DNA of 56,601 bases. Origin: an uncultured Lentisphaerales bacterium. GTDB lineage: Bacteria > Verrucomicrobiota > Lentisphaeria > JABSQK01 > UBA12247. Where the stretch lies: contig CALSSJ010000028.1 of the NCBI GenBank assembly GCA_943788985.1, forward strand, positions 1 through 56,601, given 5' to 3'. The notes under the pieces were generated by a model. That model ran no database searches and was not told where the DNA came from. It was given only the letters and a program-made list of their open reading frames with translations. How positions within the stretch are numbered: the stretch's first letter is position 1; each line of letters starts with the position of its first letter. Below are positions 1-9,937 of this stretch, in pieces. Position numbers and translations under genes: made by a program.

Positions 1-959
1 CCGTCGCTCACATGCTGCAGCTCGCGGTGAAACACCCAGCGTTCGTTCAGCTCGTGCTGCCACAGACTGCCGCTCGGTGAGTAGGATGAGGTGTGCACCG
101 TTTCGCCCATCTTCTCTTGCGGACTCCTCACCACGGATTCTGGAAACACCTCCAACAACGTCGCGGGCGCCTCGGTCCAGCGGCCGGGGTTTGCTTTGGC
201 GGGCGTTGCGGAGTTCGCAACCGGGGGGATAGGCAACTCGTGGTCAATCACGATCGAGAGGTTGTCGAGCAGCAGATGGGTGTCGGTTTCACCCGGCAGG
301 AGGAAGCCAATCCAGTCGACTTGGTGCAACGGGCCCGCCAGGGGCGACTTGACAGTCTGCTCGCCATGGGTGTGGTCTACCACCCGCAGCTGGGCAACGC
401 CGCTGTCTGGCCCGATTGGGAAGGAAAGCTCATGGCGCGTCCAGCCGGGCGAGACCTTGAGCTGTTGGTCGTTCAGCGAAGTGGTGCCAACGGCGCAATT
501 CAGCGAGAAGGCGTCGACACCCTGGTGAGAGTAGCCGTTGGGGCCCTTGAAACCGCGGGCCAGCACCGTAAGGCTGTTACCACCTTCCTCGGGGATGAGC
601 AGGTCGAAGCCGATCTGCACGGTGCCGCTGCGGATGATTGTCTCGTTGTGAAGCCACCAAGACAGCGCTGGCAGGTGCCCGTAGGTCATGCCCGGAGCGT
701 TCTGGATGCGGATGGACCTGGTCCCGGATGCCGCGCTTTCGCTGTGCGCGAATATGCCAGACTTTCCGGCAGGATCCACCCCGCCCAAGTGCGCCCGGAG
801 TCGAGGGGCGGGGGCGTGCAGCCAGAACCCCGTCGGATCGCCAAACTTCCCGGTTGTCGGGCTCTTGACGAGTCCCGCTTCGAAGTCGTCCGAGACGATG
901 ACCCGCGCCTGGGCGATAGAGGAGGCGAGGAGGAGCAGGGATGGCAGTAGCGCTGTCAT
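1..959 (-). CDS. Secreted hypothetical protein, N-terminal part (runs off the left edge of the window)
   Basis: Not in the ORF track because it has no stop in the window. Reading the minus strand from ATG at 959 (in-frame alternative ATG at 1001) gives MTALLPSLLLLASSIAQA-RVIVSDDFEAG..., a signal peptide followed by a DDFE-start beta-sandwich-like domain; open to position 1. Confidence 0.7.
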   Translation of the reverse strand, partial: MTALLPSLLLLASSIAQARVIVSDDFEAGLVKSPTTGKFGDPTGFWLHAPAPRLRAHLGGVDPAGKSGIFAHSESAASGTRSIRIQNAPGMTYGHLPALSWWLHNETIIRSGTVQIGFDLLIPEEGGNSLTVLARGFKGPNGYSHQGVDAFSLNCAVGTTSLNDQQLKVSPGWTRHELSFPIGPDSGVAQLRVVDHTHGEQTVKSPLAGPLHQVDWIGFLLPGETDTHLLLDNLSIVIDHELPIPPVANSATPAKANPGRWTEAPATLLEVFPESVVRSPQEKMGETVHTSSYSPSGSLWQHELNERWVFHRELQHVSD

Positions 960-1539
960 TAACGACGGTCCTGCTCTGTGGGGGGTGGCAGTAAGTTGCA
1001 TGGGGATTTCTCAGGTTATGTGAAGAGCGCTCTAAGACTATGCCTTCCGGCTAGAAAGTTCACATGGAAAAAATGTCCGTTTTGTTGCACATTTTGGTTG
1101 TGGCAGCTCGAACAGCGATTCATGCTGGCCGTTCACGAAACACATGGAGGGTGAGGAATGTCGCCCGGCATAGTTCCCTGTTCCCAAGTCGAAGTCGGAG
1201 GATTCGTCCCCTCGCGTTTGGATAGCGATCCCGATTTCGATTTCAATGCGGAGCTGGACCAACCTGCATTGCTGGGTTCTTGGCCGATTGGGAACACACT
1301 AACGAGCGAAACGAAACGCTACTTCCGTCGCTGACTACGAACGAGGCTTCTGGTTCAGACTTGCCGAGTTTCCAACCGGTTTTTCACATGGCCTCCCCTA
1401 TTCCGCTGCTATCGAGTCGATACACATGCCGCCAGGTTCAATGGTGGAAAACGCGGATGCTGTTAGCTCTAGATTCGAGCTTGATTTCGACCTCTCGTGT
1501 GGCCCCGTCTGTGCTACAGCCTTCTGTGTTTGGGAACTG

Positions 1540-1563
1540 ACTGATAGGAAATTGCTTTTGCCG
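1540..1563. repeat. 24-bp direct repeat, copy 1 (actgataggaaattgcttttgccg)
   Basis: Identical 24-mer at 1540-1563 and 3501-3524, read directly from the sequence. Confidence 0.9.
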
Positions 1564-1582
1564 GCCCAGCCTTGCTCTTTGC

Positions 1583-2425
1583 TCAGGACACTGCCGCAGA
1601 CACGCTGCCGGCCGGCGAAATTACCCGCTCATGCGGAAACACAATCTTGCGGCGCTTGGGCGTCAGGCGCTCCAGCAGTGCCGCGGACGGCCGGTACGGA
1701 TGCCGAAAAAATCCCCAGGACGGCCCGTACCGATAGACGGCGACACGCCGCTGTCCCTCGTTCACCCGTTTGGCGGAGCCATGACAGATCGCATCCACAA
1801 ACAACACCACATCGCCGGCCTGAAGATGGACCTCGATTGCCCCGGTCATGCCGTCTACCGAGCCGCCGCTGTACTCATTCATATGATGCTTTCCCATTTC
1901 TGGATGCGGGAAGTTGGATTTGTGACTGGCGGGGATCACCATCGTCGCGCCATCCCCCGGGCCAATGTCGCTCAGAGCCATCAGCACATTCACCATCCCG
2001 CAGTTGAATTTCTGATTGTGCACATGAAACTGGGTACGCTTCGCCCACGGAACCGGACCAGAGTGCACGCCAATTGCCTCTCCCGGCCCGCGAACGCTGG
2101 CAAAGTTTTCATCGATAAACAACGGACCATGCTGGGCATCGAACGAGTCCTGCCCTCCGACAAAGCAAAGCACGTGCTCGATCCAGGCAGGGTTATCGAT
2201 CAGATACTCCCAAGGCGCGCCTGCCTCGTAGATCTGCTGCAGGTTCAATCCCTCACTCGCGGACGCAAAAAAGTGCCCGTGTACGTGCCCGCGCCACTCC
2301 CCAGCCTCCAGGGCCGCAAACGAATCCAGGCTCTCGTTCAACTCCCCAACCAGATCCTTGGGAATCGCATTCCGAATGATTAGATATCCATTCAAGTCAA
2401 AAAGATAACGGTCAAGATCGGTCAT
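1583..2425 (-). CDS. Phytanoyl-CoA dioxygenase (PhyH) family Fe(II)/2-oxoglutarate oxygenase
   Basis: 280 aa; FDLNGYLIIRNA N-terminus, HSG, ALSDIGPGDGATMVIPASHKS, AGDVVLFVDAICHGS and RRVAVYRY motifs; TAAGGAG RBS upstream. Confidence 0.85.
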   Translation of the reverse strand: MTDLDRYLFDLNGYLIIRNAIPKDLVGELNESLDSFAALEAGEWRGHVHGHFFASASEGLNLQQIYEAGAPWEYLIDNPAWIEHVLCFVGGQDSFDAQHGPLFIDENFASVRGPGEAIGVHSGPVPWAKRTQFHVHNQKFNCGMVNVLMALSDIGPGDGATMVIPASHKSNFPHPEMGKHHMNEYSGGSVDGMTGAIEVHLQAGDVVLFVDAICHGSAKRVNEGQRRVAVYRYGPSWGFFRHPYRPSAALLERLTPKRRKIVFPHERVISPAGSVSAAVS

Positions 2426-2580
2426 TTTTTTCTCCTTAAGTGCTCTCCAGTTCCAAGCAGCCCACTGCTAGGTCCAGTTACTATAAAGCAACATCTTCCT
2501 ATATCTTTCTTGCACAAGTTCGAAAAGCTCCTAAATAGTAATTCTTATCCGTCTGATTCCCTCCTCACGCCCCCGGCTTC

Positions 2581-3399
2581 ATGAGCATTATCTGTCCCCC
2601 AAGTCCCTCGCTTGGCTTTCGCGTCTGGCGCGGTCAATTCTCGGCAATGCGGGGTCCGCACAGTCATCCGGACTTTGAAGTAAACTTTCTTCACGCCGGC
2701 CACGTCGTCTATCTACACGGCGGCTCCTGTGTGGCGTTGCAAGCCGGCCACTTTACCGTGTTTTGGGCAGGCCTGCCTCATGTGACCATAGAGCAGGCAC
2801 CCGACACACAAGTGAGCTGGATTACAGTTCCGTTGGCCGATGCGATGCGCTGGGACCTGCCGCCGGGGCTTATCGGCGAGCTCCTGCTTGGGCGCATGGT
2901 CCAGGCGAAGTCGCTTGCGGCGGCCGAGCTTGACGCGTTGCTGCTCCGGCAATGGGAGCAGGACTTTCGCGAGTCAGATGCGCAGCGGCGGCTGGCGCGT
3001 GCGGAGATCGCAGCCCGCCTGCAGCGCCTGGCGTGCAGCAATACCCCCCTGCCCGCAATCACCGGCAAGTCTGTCGGCGCTCGCAAAACGGCAGCCCGTG
3101 CCTTTGAGTACGTCGCTCAAAACTACCTGACAGTCGCTTCGGCTGGGGTGGTTGCCGAAGCCATCGGCGCGCACCCGAAGTACCTGATTCAGAGCTTCAA
3201 GCGCACCTACGGGATCGGCATCTGGGACTATGTCATGCGTATGCGCATCGCGCATTCACAGCGCCAATTGCTGACCACAAACCAGCCTGTGGATGTTGTG
3301 GCCGATGCCTGCGGATTTCGCACCGTGAGCGCCTTTTATCGTGCGTTTTCGCGTTTCTCCGATGGCATCTCGCCAGCCCGATTTCGCCGCCTCGGCTAA
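2581..3399 (+). CDS. AraC-family transcriptional regulator (cupin + double HTH), divergent from the dioxygenase
   Basis: 272 aa; PHSHPDFEVNF cupin motif, HPKYLIQSFKR and VADACGFRTVSAFYRAFSR...SPARFR AraC signature. Confidence 0.92.
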   Translation: MSIICPPSPSLGFRVWRGQFSAMRGPHSHPDFEVNFLHAGHVVYLHGGSCVALQAGHFTVFWAGLPHVTIEQAPDTQVSWITVPLADAMRWDLPPGLIGELLLGRMVQAKSLAAAELDALLLRQWEQDFRESDAQRRLARAEIAARLQRLACSNTPLPAITGKSVGARKTAARAFEYVAQNYLTVASAGVVAEAIGAHPKYLIQSFKRTYGIGIWDYVMRMRIAHSQRQLLTTNQPVDVVADACGFRTVSAFYRAFSRFSDGISPARFRRLG

Positions 3400-3500
3400 C
3401 GCGGTACGCATCGCCTGCCTCTTGCTGGCTTTCGACACCCCATGCTCCGCTCGATTGTTCTATCACCGCCGAGTAGGGAATAGATGTCGCCAGATGTTGA

Positions 3501-3524
3501 ACTGATAGGAAATTGCTTTTGCCG
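3501..3524. repeat. 24-bp direct repeat, copy 2
   Basis: Identical to 1540-1563; starts a few bases after the inferred stop of the IS3 orfA. Confidence 0.9.
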
Positions 3525-3531
3525 ATACGGT

Positions 3532-3915
3532 TCATTGATCGATCCCCAGCTGCTCGCACTTTTTTCAAGATACTCCTTCTCGATGACGAGTTGGCCAACC
3601 TTGCGCTCAAGGATAGCGCACTTCCTCTCAAGAGAGTCTCGCGCATCGTCAACGGCATTGGTTCTCTCGAACAGCAGTGCCATATTGGCTTCGAATTCCT
3701 TCTTCCACGCCGAGACTTGGGACACATGGATTTCGTTGTCGCCAGCAATCTCAGCGACAGTCTTGAGCCCTTGAATGGCTTCGCGGGCGATCCGCGCCTT
3801 GAAGGCGCTACTGTGATTACGTCGGGGGCGTCTCATGAAAATCTCCTTGAATTGGGCTACTAAAATGCGCCCCGAAATTCACTTGACCACTGGCTCCGTT
3901 TGGTGGCACCACTTC
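3532..3915 (-). mobile_element. Truncated IS3-family element: orfA (ATG 3836) plus probable left end; orfB/integrase absent
   Basis: MRRPRRNHSSAFKARIAREAIQGLKTVAEIA...HVSQVSAWKK...ERKVGQLVIEKEYLEK is an IS3 OrfA HTH. An A6G run at 3559-3565 is followed in the shifted frame by KCEQLGIDQ*. No DDE domain follows. Left-end position is approximate. Confidence 0.8.
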
Positions 3916-3940
3916 TCTTTTTCTTGTTCATCGCTTTGCC

Positions 3941-6900
3941 TTATTGGGTGAGATATGCGTTGCACCAATTACCATGATCACCGTTGCTGTTATCCCCGGC
4001 GTTATCGACAAGCAGCTCCAGTTCAAATGCGCCGCTCACGTCCAAGTCAATAGTTTTGGGGGCTGCGTTCTGTGTCATGAGCCCGCTGTAATAAACCTCC
4101 CTTTTGTCCAACCGGACCCGAAGGCGCAAGGACCCGGGCTGATGTTTCTGAATCCCGACCTCTGCATGAAATCTTTTGTAAAGGCCCTTGAGGAAAAATA
4201 CGCCCCGGCTGGGGGCATGCGTACCGATCCCACGTTCATAGGTCTTGTCGCCCATTGCCAACGGGTGCCCCAAGCATGACGAATTCATCACGACCTTGTA
4301 ACCGGAAGTAAACAGATCGGCGTACTTGCTGTCGAGGTAGGTTCTGCCGTCGACCGGTTGTGCCTGATCAAGCTTCATGTTCCGGCTCGCCATCAACTCT
4401 CTCACCGGAACCTCCTTCCAGTGGAGGTTTCTAAGTTCAGGGCGGGGCTTGGGGCCGGCAAGCTGCAGCTTCTTCATCTCGGGCCAGCCGGTCAGGGGCT
4501 TATTCTGCTTGTCGCGCAAGTCAGATAGCAAGAGTGAGATCGTCTGCCACTGATTGCCACCTTTGATTGTTTGACTCAACGTGCGTTGTTCTTGTCCCCC
4601 ATCCCAGCTCGAGAAGGTAGAGATGACCAGTTTATTGTCCTCTGCTGAACGAGCCTCAACGACCAGTTTTGCGTTGGCAGGAGGCATGTGCATAGGGCTC
4701 ATGGCTTTAAAGGTCTTGAAGCTCCAGTAGTCAGGATGCCCGCCTCTCGTGTAGAACCACCGCTTCTCCCAATCTCCCTCAAAGTCCTCGATGACCAGCG
4801 AATGTTGCTGTGTGGCGTTCACCCCATTGGCTTTTTTCTGCTGGGGGGTGAGCATGGACATTAAACTGGACAGCACATACTCATTGGCGGTGTAAAGATC
4901 ACAGCCGTATCCGGCTCCGGAAACAGTTTTGGCCAGTGGGTATTTCGCATTGGCGTAGACCCAGAGGTGTTTATCTGCACTGAACGTGGGGATCTCTGCC
5001 ACCCAGGTATCGCCATGTCGTTTGGCAGGGGCGACTTTCCAGTTACGGGTCGGAAAGTCACCATACTTTTTACGACCCCCGGGAATCCCTTCCTCCGTGT
5101 AATAGACGTTGAGCTCCATCACCTTATCCGGCTGATCGGGCTTGACATCAAAGCGGGGAATTCCAGATTCGGTTTTCAGGATCAAGTCAGCCTGGGGCGT
5201 TTTCGCTGTTTGAAATGTTCCCTTCAGAAACTGATCAAACCAGAGCGGCTGCAGCACTGTGTTTTCTTCCAGATCATTGTGGTTGATATGCGCTGCACTG
5301 GTAATGCGCCACTCCTCACTGTTCACAAGATTTGCCGCCAGCGTCAGGTCATCCACGGCTGCATGAAAGTCATTGGTTGGACTTTGAAACACAATCGGGC
5401 AAGTGATGCGTTGTAAATAGACGTTGTCATCAATGGTAGTCGCATAGCCCGGGATGTTTTTGGTTTTCCCAATATCTGACACACCACCGCAGGAAGGAGC
5501 CGCCGCCTTGACGCGCTTGTCTGAGCCGGCGGTGATCACCGTGAGCTTTCCGCCCATGGAGTGTCCGTAGACTCCCAACCGGTTGCCATCGACTTCCTTC
5601 TGCCGCTCAAGGAAGGTCAGGGCGCGTCGACAGCCCATGCCGGCATAAAACCAGAGGGTGTTTCTGGGGGATTTCACGGGGTCGATGGTTGCATCTGAAG
5701 GTTCTCCCGCATCCACTCCTACCCAGTCGGTTGTGAGTTTGTAATTGGGGTCACTGGTATTGCCTGTCTTAAAGGCCTTCACATGGTCATTGTTGACCGT
5801 ATGCCCCGGTGCTATCAGGCGCCCATCCCAGGCGAGCGAGATCGTCGCGTAACCACGTTTTGCATTGGCCAGAACCTGGTGAAAGTGGGCATACTGCCCT
5901 CCACCGTGAATGTGAATTAGACCCGGCAGGTTCTGGGCTCCTTTCGGGTAACCGTAGATTGCCGCCAGCATGGCTTTCTTGCCGTTGAAGATCGCTACCC
6001 GGTAACGGACAAGTTTCATCACCACGCCGTCTTCTTCCCACTCCTTAATGATTTCGACATCGAGAGGTTCTTTGCGGGGATCATAGCCCTGCCACAGTTC
6101 ATCGAAGGACTCAGGCGTTTCGCCCTTCCCCAGAGGACGCAGGGTATCTTGCTCCTGGAGCTCCAGCACGGGCTCTCCGTCGAGGTAGCCGAGCGAAGTT
6201 AAAAAACGATCCATGCGGATCAGGGCCTCTGCCATGGCGTGACGGCTGACCCACAGGTTGTACCAGCCATGCTTCTGGCCCTCATAAAGGTGCAGGTCGC
6301 AGCGGCGGCCGTTTTCCTTCATCTGCCGCTCAAAGCGTTTGGCGGTCTCGACCGGCACGTAGATATCCTCGGTTCCCAGCAGGACCATGGCTGGTGGAGC
6401 CTGAGCATCGATGTGATCAATGGGGGAAATCTCTTTCCAGTACGGCTGCACCAGCTCGTGCGCGAATCCGTCGGGGCCGTTATCGAAGACGGGATTAAAC
6501 AAGAGCAGTGCCTTGGGATGCAGCTGACCGAGGTATCTTCGTCTTGTTCATCAAAGGCACGCACCAGCGCGGTGGCTGCGGCAATATGCCCGCCGGCAGA
6601 TCCGCCGCCGGCCACGATCTGCTTCGGGGTCGATGCCCAGCTCGGCGGCATGCGCTTTCACCCAGCGCATGGCCGACTTGCCGTCCTTGACACATTCCTT
6701 CGGGGAAGTTCCGAAGCGATTGATGGTCCGGTACTCGACAGAGATGGCCACCATACCTCGCAAAGCGAGGTAGCGGCTCTGCGGATAATAATGATCTGGT
6801 CCGCCGCCATGCCAGCCACCGCCGTGAAAAAAAACCGCCGCTGGCCGTTGATCGGATGCCTGCCACCCCTGCGGCAGAAAAACCTGCAGCTTCAGTTCAA

Positions 6901-7090
6901 TGGGCGCTCCGTCTTTTCCGGTGACGGTCTTGTACGCCAATGTCTTATCTGGCTTGAGCGGAAAGCACTGCCAGCCGATCTGCTCCGGTGTCCAGCTCTG
7001 GTCCGCATCCGCTGCTGCGCAGATTACTGGCGTGGCGATTGCCGCCGTCAGCAGGATCACATTCCTAATCAAATGTACTATTGTATTCAT
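3941..7090 (-). CDS. Secreted multidomain esterase: alpha/beta hydrolase + dienelactone-hydrolase/acetylxylan-esterase-like domain + C-terminal NPCBM/NEW2 domain (two compensating frameshifts)
   Basis: Joining three frames at C-runs near 6626 (+1) and 6515 (-1) gives about 1049 aa. Signal peptide MNTIVHLIRN..., HGGGW, GGSAGG nucleophile elbow, second domain HGGGQ...GHSMGG, and an NPCBM-like tail (YERGIGTHAPS...GDHGNW). Confidence 0.8.
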
Positions 7091-7533
7091 GCTTTTCCTG
7101 CTCTGAAGTTGCCCCGAGCCCATGCTCAGGTTGTCATCGCTGGTAGCGTCTCGGCACCAATTCCTGCGACCTTCGTACACTATCCCGGAATTGTCCCAAT
7201 CGAACATGGATAAACTGTCCTCATTCTTGCACTTTTCGCTGGCGACTTCCAGTCCCGTTGCGTTCCGAATCAAGCAGACTGAGGGCAGGGAGAGAAGATG
7301 GATAGGCTGCGAGCCGACCTTAGGGAAGGGGGGCAGCGGAGCTGGCAACGCGCGATGGAACGCGCAGGTAGGGAAGAGGGAGCATGGATTGCCCGTCTCC
7401 CTCAGGGAGTAGAGTTGGATAAATTTGAAAACACGATTGAGTACCTCAGAGATTCGCGGCCAAATGATAAATGTAAGAGCATGCCGCGTGGTCGCAGACC
7501 GCAACGCTCCAACAGCCCGATCAGGCCAGCGGG

Positions 7534-7563
7534 ATTGACACGTCAATGCCCTGCGGCTATGAT
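7534..7563 (+). promoter_or_regulatory. Sigma70-type promoter of the addiction module with a palindrome over the -35
   Basis: TTGACA (7535-7540), 17 bp, TATGAT (7558-7563); perfect inverted repeat attgac-ac-gtcaat at 7534-7547; GGAG RBS before the ATG at 7587/7590. Confidence 0.7.
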
Positions 7564-7586
7564 CTGCCTAGTAGCATTATGGAGAA

Positions 7587-7814
7587 ATGATGGTGCAAAC
7601 AGCAACAGCAATCGGTGAACAAGCGCGCAAATTGCCGAGAGCGGAACGTCTCTTACTGTTGGGCACACTTGCGGATGATCTGGGACTGGTAGACCTCAAT
7701 ACCGTGATTGGCGATATCGTAGCGAGCGAGCGTGACCGTGAACTTGAGGAGGGCGTGGTTCAGCCGATGGCGCGCGAGCAGATGTTCGATGCGATCCGCG
7801 CTCGGCGTCGATGA
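7587..7814 (+). CDS. Addiction-module antitoxin component
   Basis: 75 aa; ARKLPRAERLLL...ERDRELEEGVVQPMAREQMFDAIRAR matches the putative addiction module component pattern; ATGA overlap with a ParE-like gene. Confidence 0.8.
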   Translation: MMVQTATAIGEQARKLPRAERLLLLGTLADDLGLVDLNTVIGDIVASERDRELEEGVVQPMAREQMFDAIRARRR

Positions 7815-8113
7815 AGCTGGACTTTCACCGGTAATTCTACAGAGACGGTCTCAAGGAAGCGCACTACTTGGGTAGCCAGGAATTCGGGTTGGGCGATGAA
7901 TTCGTGCTTGAAGTCGAGGCCGCAATTGATCGAATCATGGCCAATCCTCGGGCGTATGTACAAGTCCGTGGCGAGGTCAGGCGCCATTACTTGGAACGAT
8001 TCAAGCGCCATTAGATTCGCTACCGCGTTCGCGAGGCGACTCCGTGCACACTGCGGATTCTGCTGGTGCATCACGATTCAAGAAGTCCTGAATCTGGCTT
8101 CGAGCGTGAGTAG
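7811..8113 (+). pseudogene. ParE/RelE-family toxin with two in-frame stop codons
   Basis: A single frame reads MKLDFHR*FYRDGLKEAHYLGSQEFGLGDEFVLEVEAAIDRIMANPRAYVQVRGEVRRHYLERFKRH*IRYRV...ILLVHHDSRSPESGFERE*; TAA at 7832-7834 and TAG at 8012-8014. Confidence 0.85.
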
Positions 8114-8503
8114 AGCGGAAGTTGGTCGCACTAATGCAACCACACGCAAGCAGCAGACAAACTGCTGATGCAGGCGTTGGGGTGGAGTTTTTTGGCAGAA
8201 AAATGATGAGGCAGAAAAATGAAACTGTGGGGTAATATGGTAGGATGTTTGACTCTGCGTTCCAACTCCAGTAGGGCCGGCTCTGCCTGTGGCGGTCTGC
8301 CAATTACTTTGAGCGCCCGGGCGAGCGCAACTTCGCACAGCAAGATCGTCTCCGCTAGTTTAAAGGCGCCAGGAATGGCGCCCCGGACAGCATACCACCA
8401 GTGGCCCCAAACGAATGTTCTGAGTTTTCTGACTTCCGTAAACTACCGCCTACCTAGCTGCTTAGGGCCCGCGAAAATTGTTAATCTAAATCTGCGCGGC
8501 CCC

Positions 8504-9814
8504 TTAATGCGTCGGGTTGCTGGGAGCGTCCTTCGCGCGATGTAACACAATCACGGTGTTCAGAGGATCCCAGTGTACGCCTTCCGGCAGCGACACCACA
8601 TAGCCTGATGGCGAACAGTTCCATTCGAGTTCCACGCCGCCCACGAGGAGAGAGGCCCGGTCGAAGGTCGTGCGATTGGCCGGAACCCCCACATGCAAGC
8701 TGCGTCCCTCAGGTGTATTCAGGACATGGAGATACGTTCGCGATCCATCAGGCGAATCGGTCGCTGCTCCCCAGGGCACCCAGTTCATGTATGCGCCATC
8801 ACGAGTCGGAAACGCCTCGCTGGCGACCACGCCTCGAACAGCCTTTCCGATGGGCTCCATGAGATCTGCAAGCCTCTGCATCACCTCAGCCACGCCGTTC
8901 TCCCAGCCGCCACCATAGTACGGGCCTACGGCCCATTGCGTGCCACCGCCAAGGGTGTTCACACCGGCCTGCAAAACCGTAAAGCGCAGCATGTCCTCTG
9001 CCGAGTAGATCACAGCGTCTTCCGGCCGGGGAATGCTTGCCCACCATGTGGGGCCGACACAGGTTCCCACTGGCATACGATTAGCCGGCCATGTTCCTCC
9101 GTCTGCATGGGCAAACTCTCCGGAACGACAGTATTCGCGGTCTCCGATGTCGGCAGTATAGACCGAGCCAAAGTAGTTCTGCAGCATCAGGACATCGGGG
9201 TGCTGCCCTTTGATCGTTTGCCGCAGCCGATGATAGTCGACGACGCGATGACTATTCCCGAGAGCGCATCCTTCATCCACATAGATCCCCAGCACCCGGT
9301 CGCCATAGCGCTGCATGACCTCCGCATAAAGGTCGTGAGTGAAATCATTCCATTTCTTGTAGTCGAATTGATCCATGAGGGGGTTAGCGCCGTCGCTGCC
9401 GGCCCCCCACCCCACGAGGCGCCTGTCATCTTCTTGCAGATCATGGCCATCACGAGGATGGGTATAGAGAATGGTGGCGATCTCGCGGGCTTCCAAGGCC
9501 GAGATGACATCGCCAACCAAGTCCCGTCTGCTTGTATGGCTGCTCAAACCCCAGCTGGCCATCGCTTTACTGGGGAACAGTGTGTTTAGGTTCGCATGCC
9601 ACGCAGTGAAGATGACATACTCCATTCCCCAAGCTGCCATGTCCGCGGCGAACGCGTCCACATCGAAGTCGTCTGCAAGGGCATTCAGAGAAGGAGGCGG
9701 GTTGCCGCTTGGGGCGACCGTTATGACTTGGCAGGCACCTCCCCATACATAGTGAATGAAGCATCCCACCTTATAGGAGCGAAACCGTTCTCGTTTATCG
9801 CTACTGGTGCTCAT
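8504..9814 (-). CDS. Alpha-L-fucosidase-like (GH29-like) glycoside hydrolase
   Basis: 436 aa; GCFIHY, FDVDAFA...GMEYVIFTAWH, RRDLVGDV, EVMQRYGDRVLGIYVD (candidate nucleophile Asp), C-terminal TYLHVLN beta domain; no signal peptide. Confidence 0.7.
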   Translation of the reverse strand: MSTSSDKRERFRSYKVGCFIHYVWGGACQVITVAPSGNPPPSLNALADDFDVDAFAADMAAWGMEYVIFTAWHANLNTLFPSKAMASWGLSSHTSRRDLVGDVISALEAREIATILYTHPRDGHDLQEDDRRLVGWGAGSDGANPLMDQFDYKKWNDFTHDLYAEVMQRYGDRVLGIYVDEGCALGNSHRVVDYHRLRQTIKGQHPDVLMLQNYFGSVYTADIGDREYCRSGEFAHADGGTWPANRMPVGTCVGPTWWASIPRPEDAVIYSAEDMLRFTVLQAGVNTLGGGTQWAVGPYYGGGWENGVAEVMQRLADLMEPIGKAVRGVVASEAFPTRDGAYMNWVPWGAATDSPDGSRTYLHVLNTPEGRSLHVGVPANRTTFDRASLLVGGVELEWNCSPSGYVVSLPEGVHWDPLNTVIVLHRAKDAPSNPTH

Positions 9815-9937
9815 CAGTTGGTTCCTTATCGTGTTTGCTCGGAGTGAGAATGCTGCGGTTGCTGCGACTCAAGTTTTTCCGGTTACTCGTGAGACGTTCA
9901 TGGCCTGGGCGACCTTCTGGCGAGTTGTGACGCTTAC

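Noticed and set aside
91..1023. Plus-strand ORFs 91-528, 93-950 and 688-1023, and similar long antisense ORFs (1631-2383, 6239-7213, 8693-9589, 41734-42657)
   Set aside because: Shadows of real genes on the opposite strand in GC-rich DNA; no motifs of their own.
7811..8113. Stop-codon readthrough or alternative genetic code in the ParE-like gene
   Set aside because: Two different stops (TAA and TAG) are involved, and both terminate ordinary genes throughout the window.
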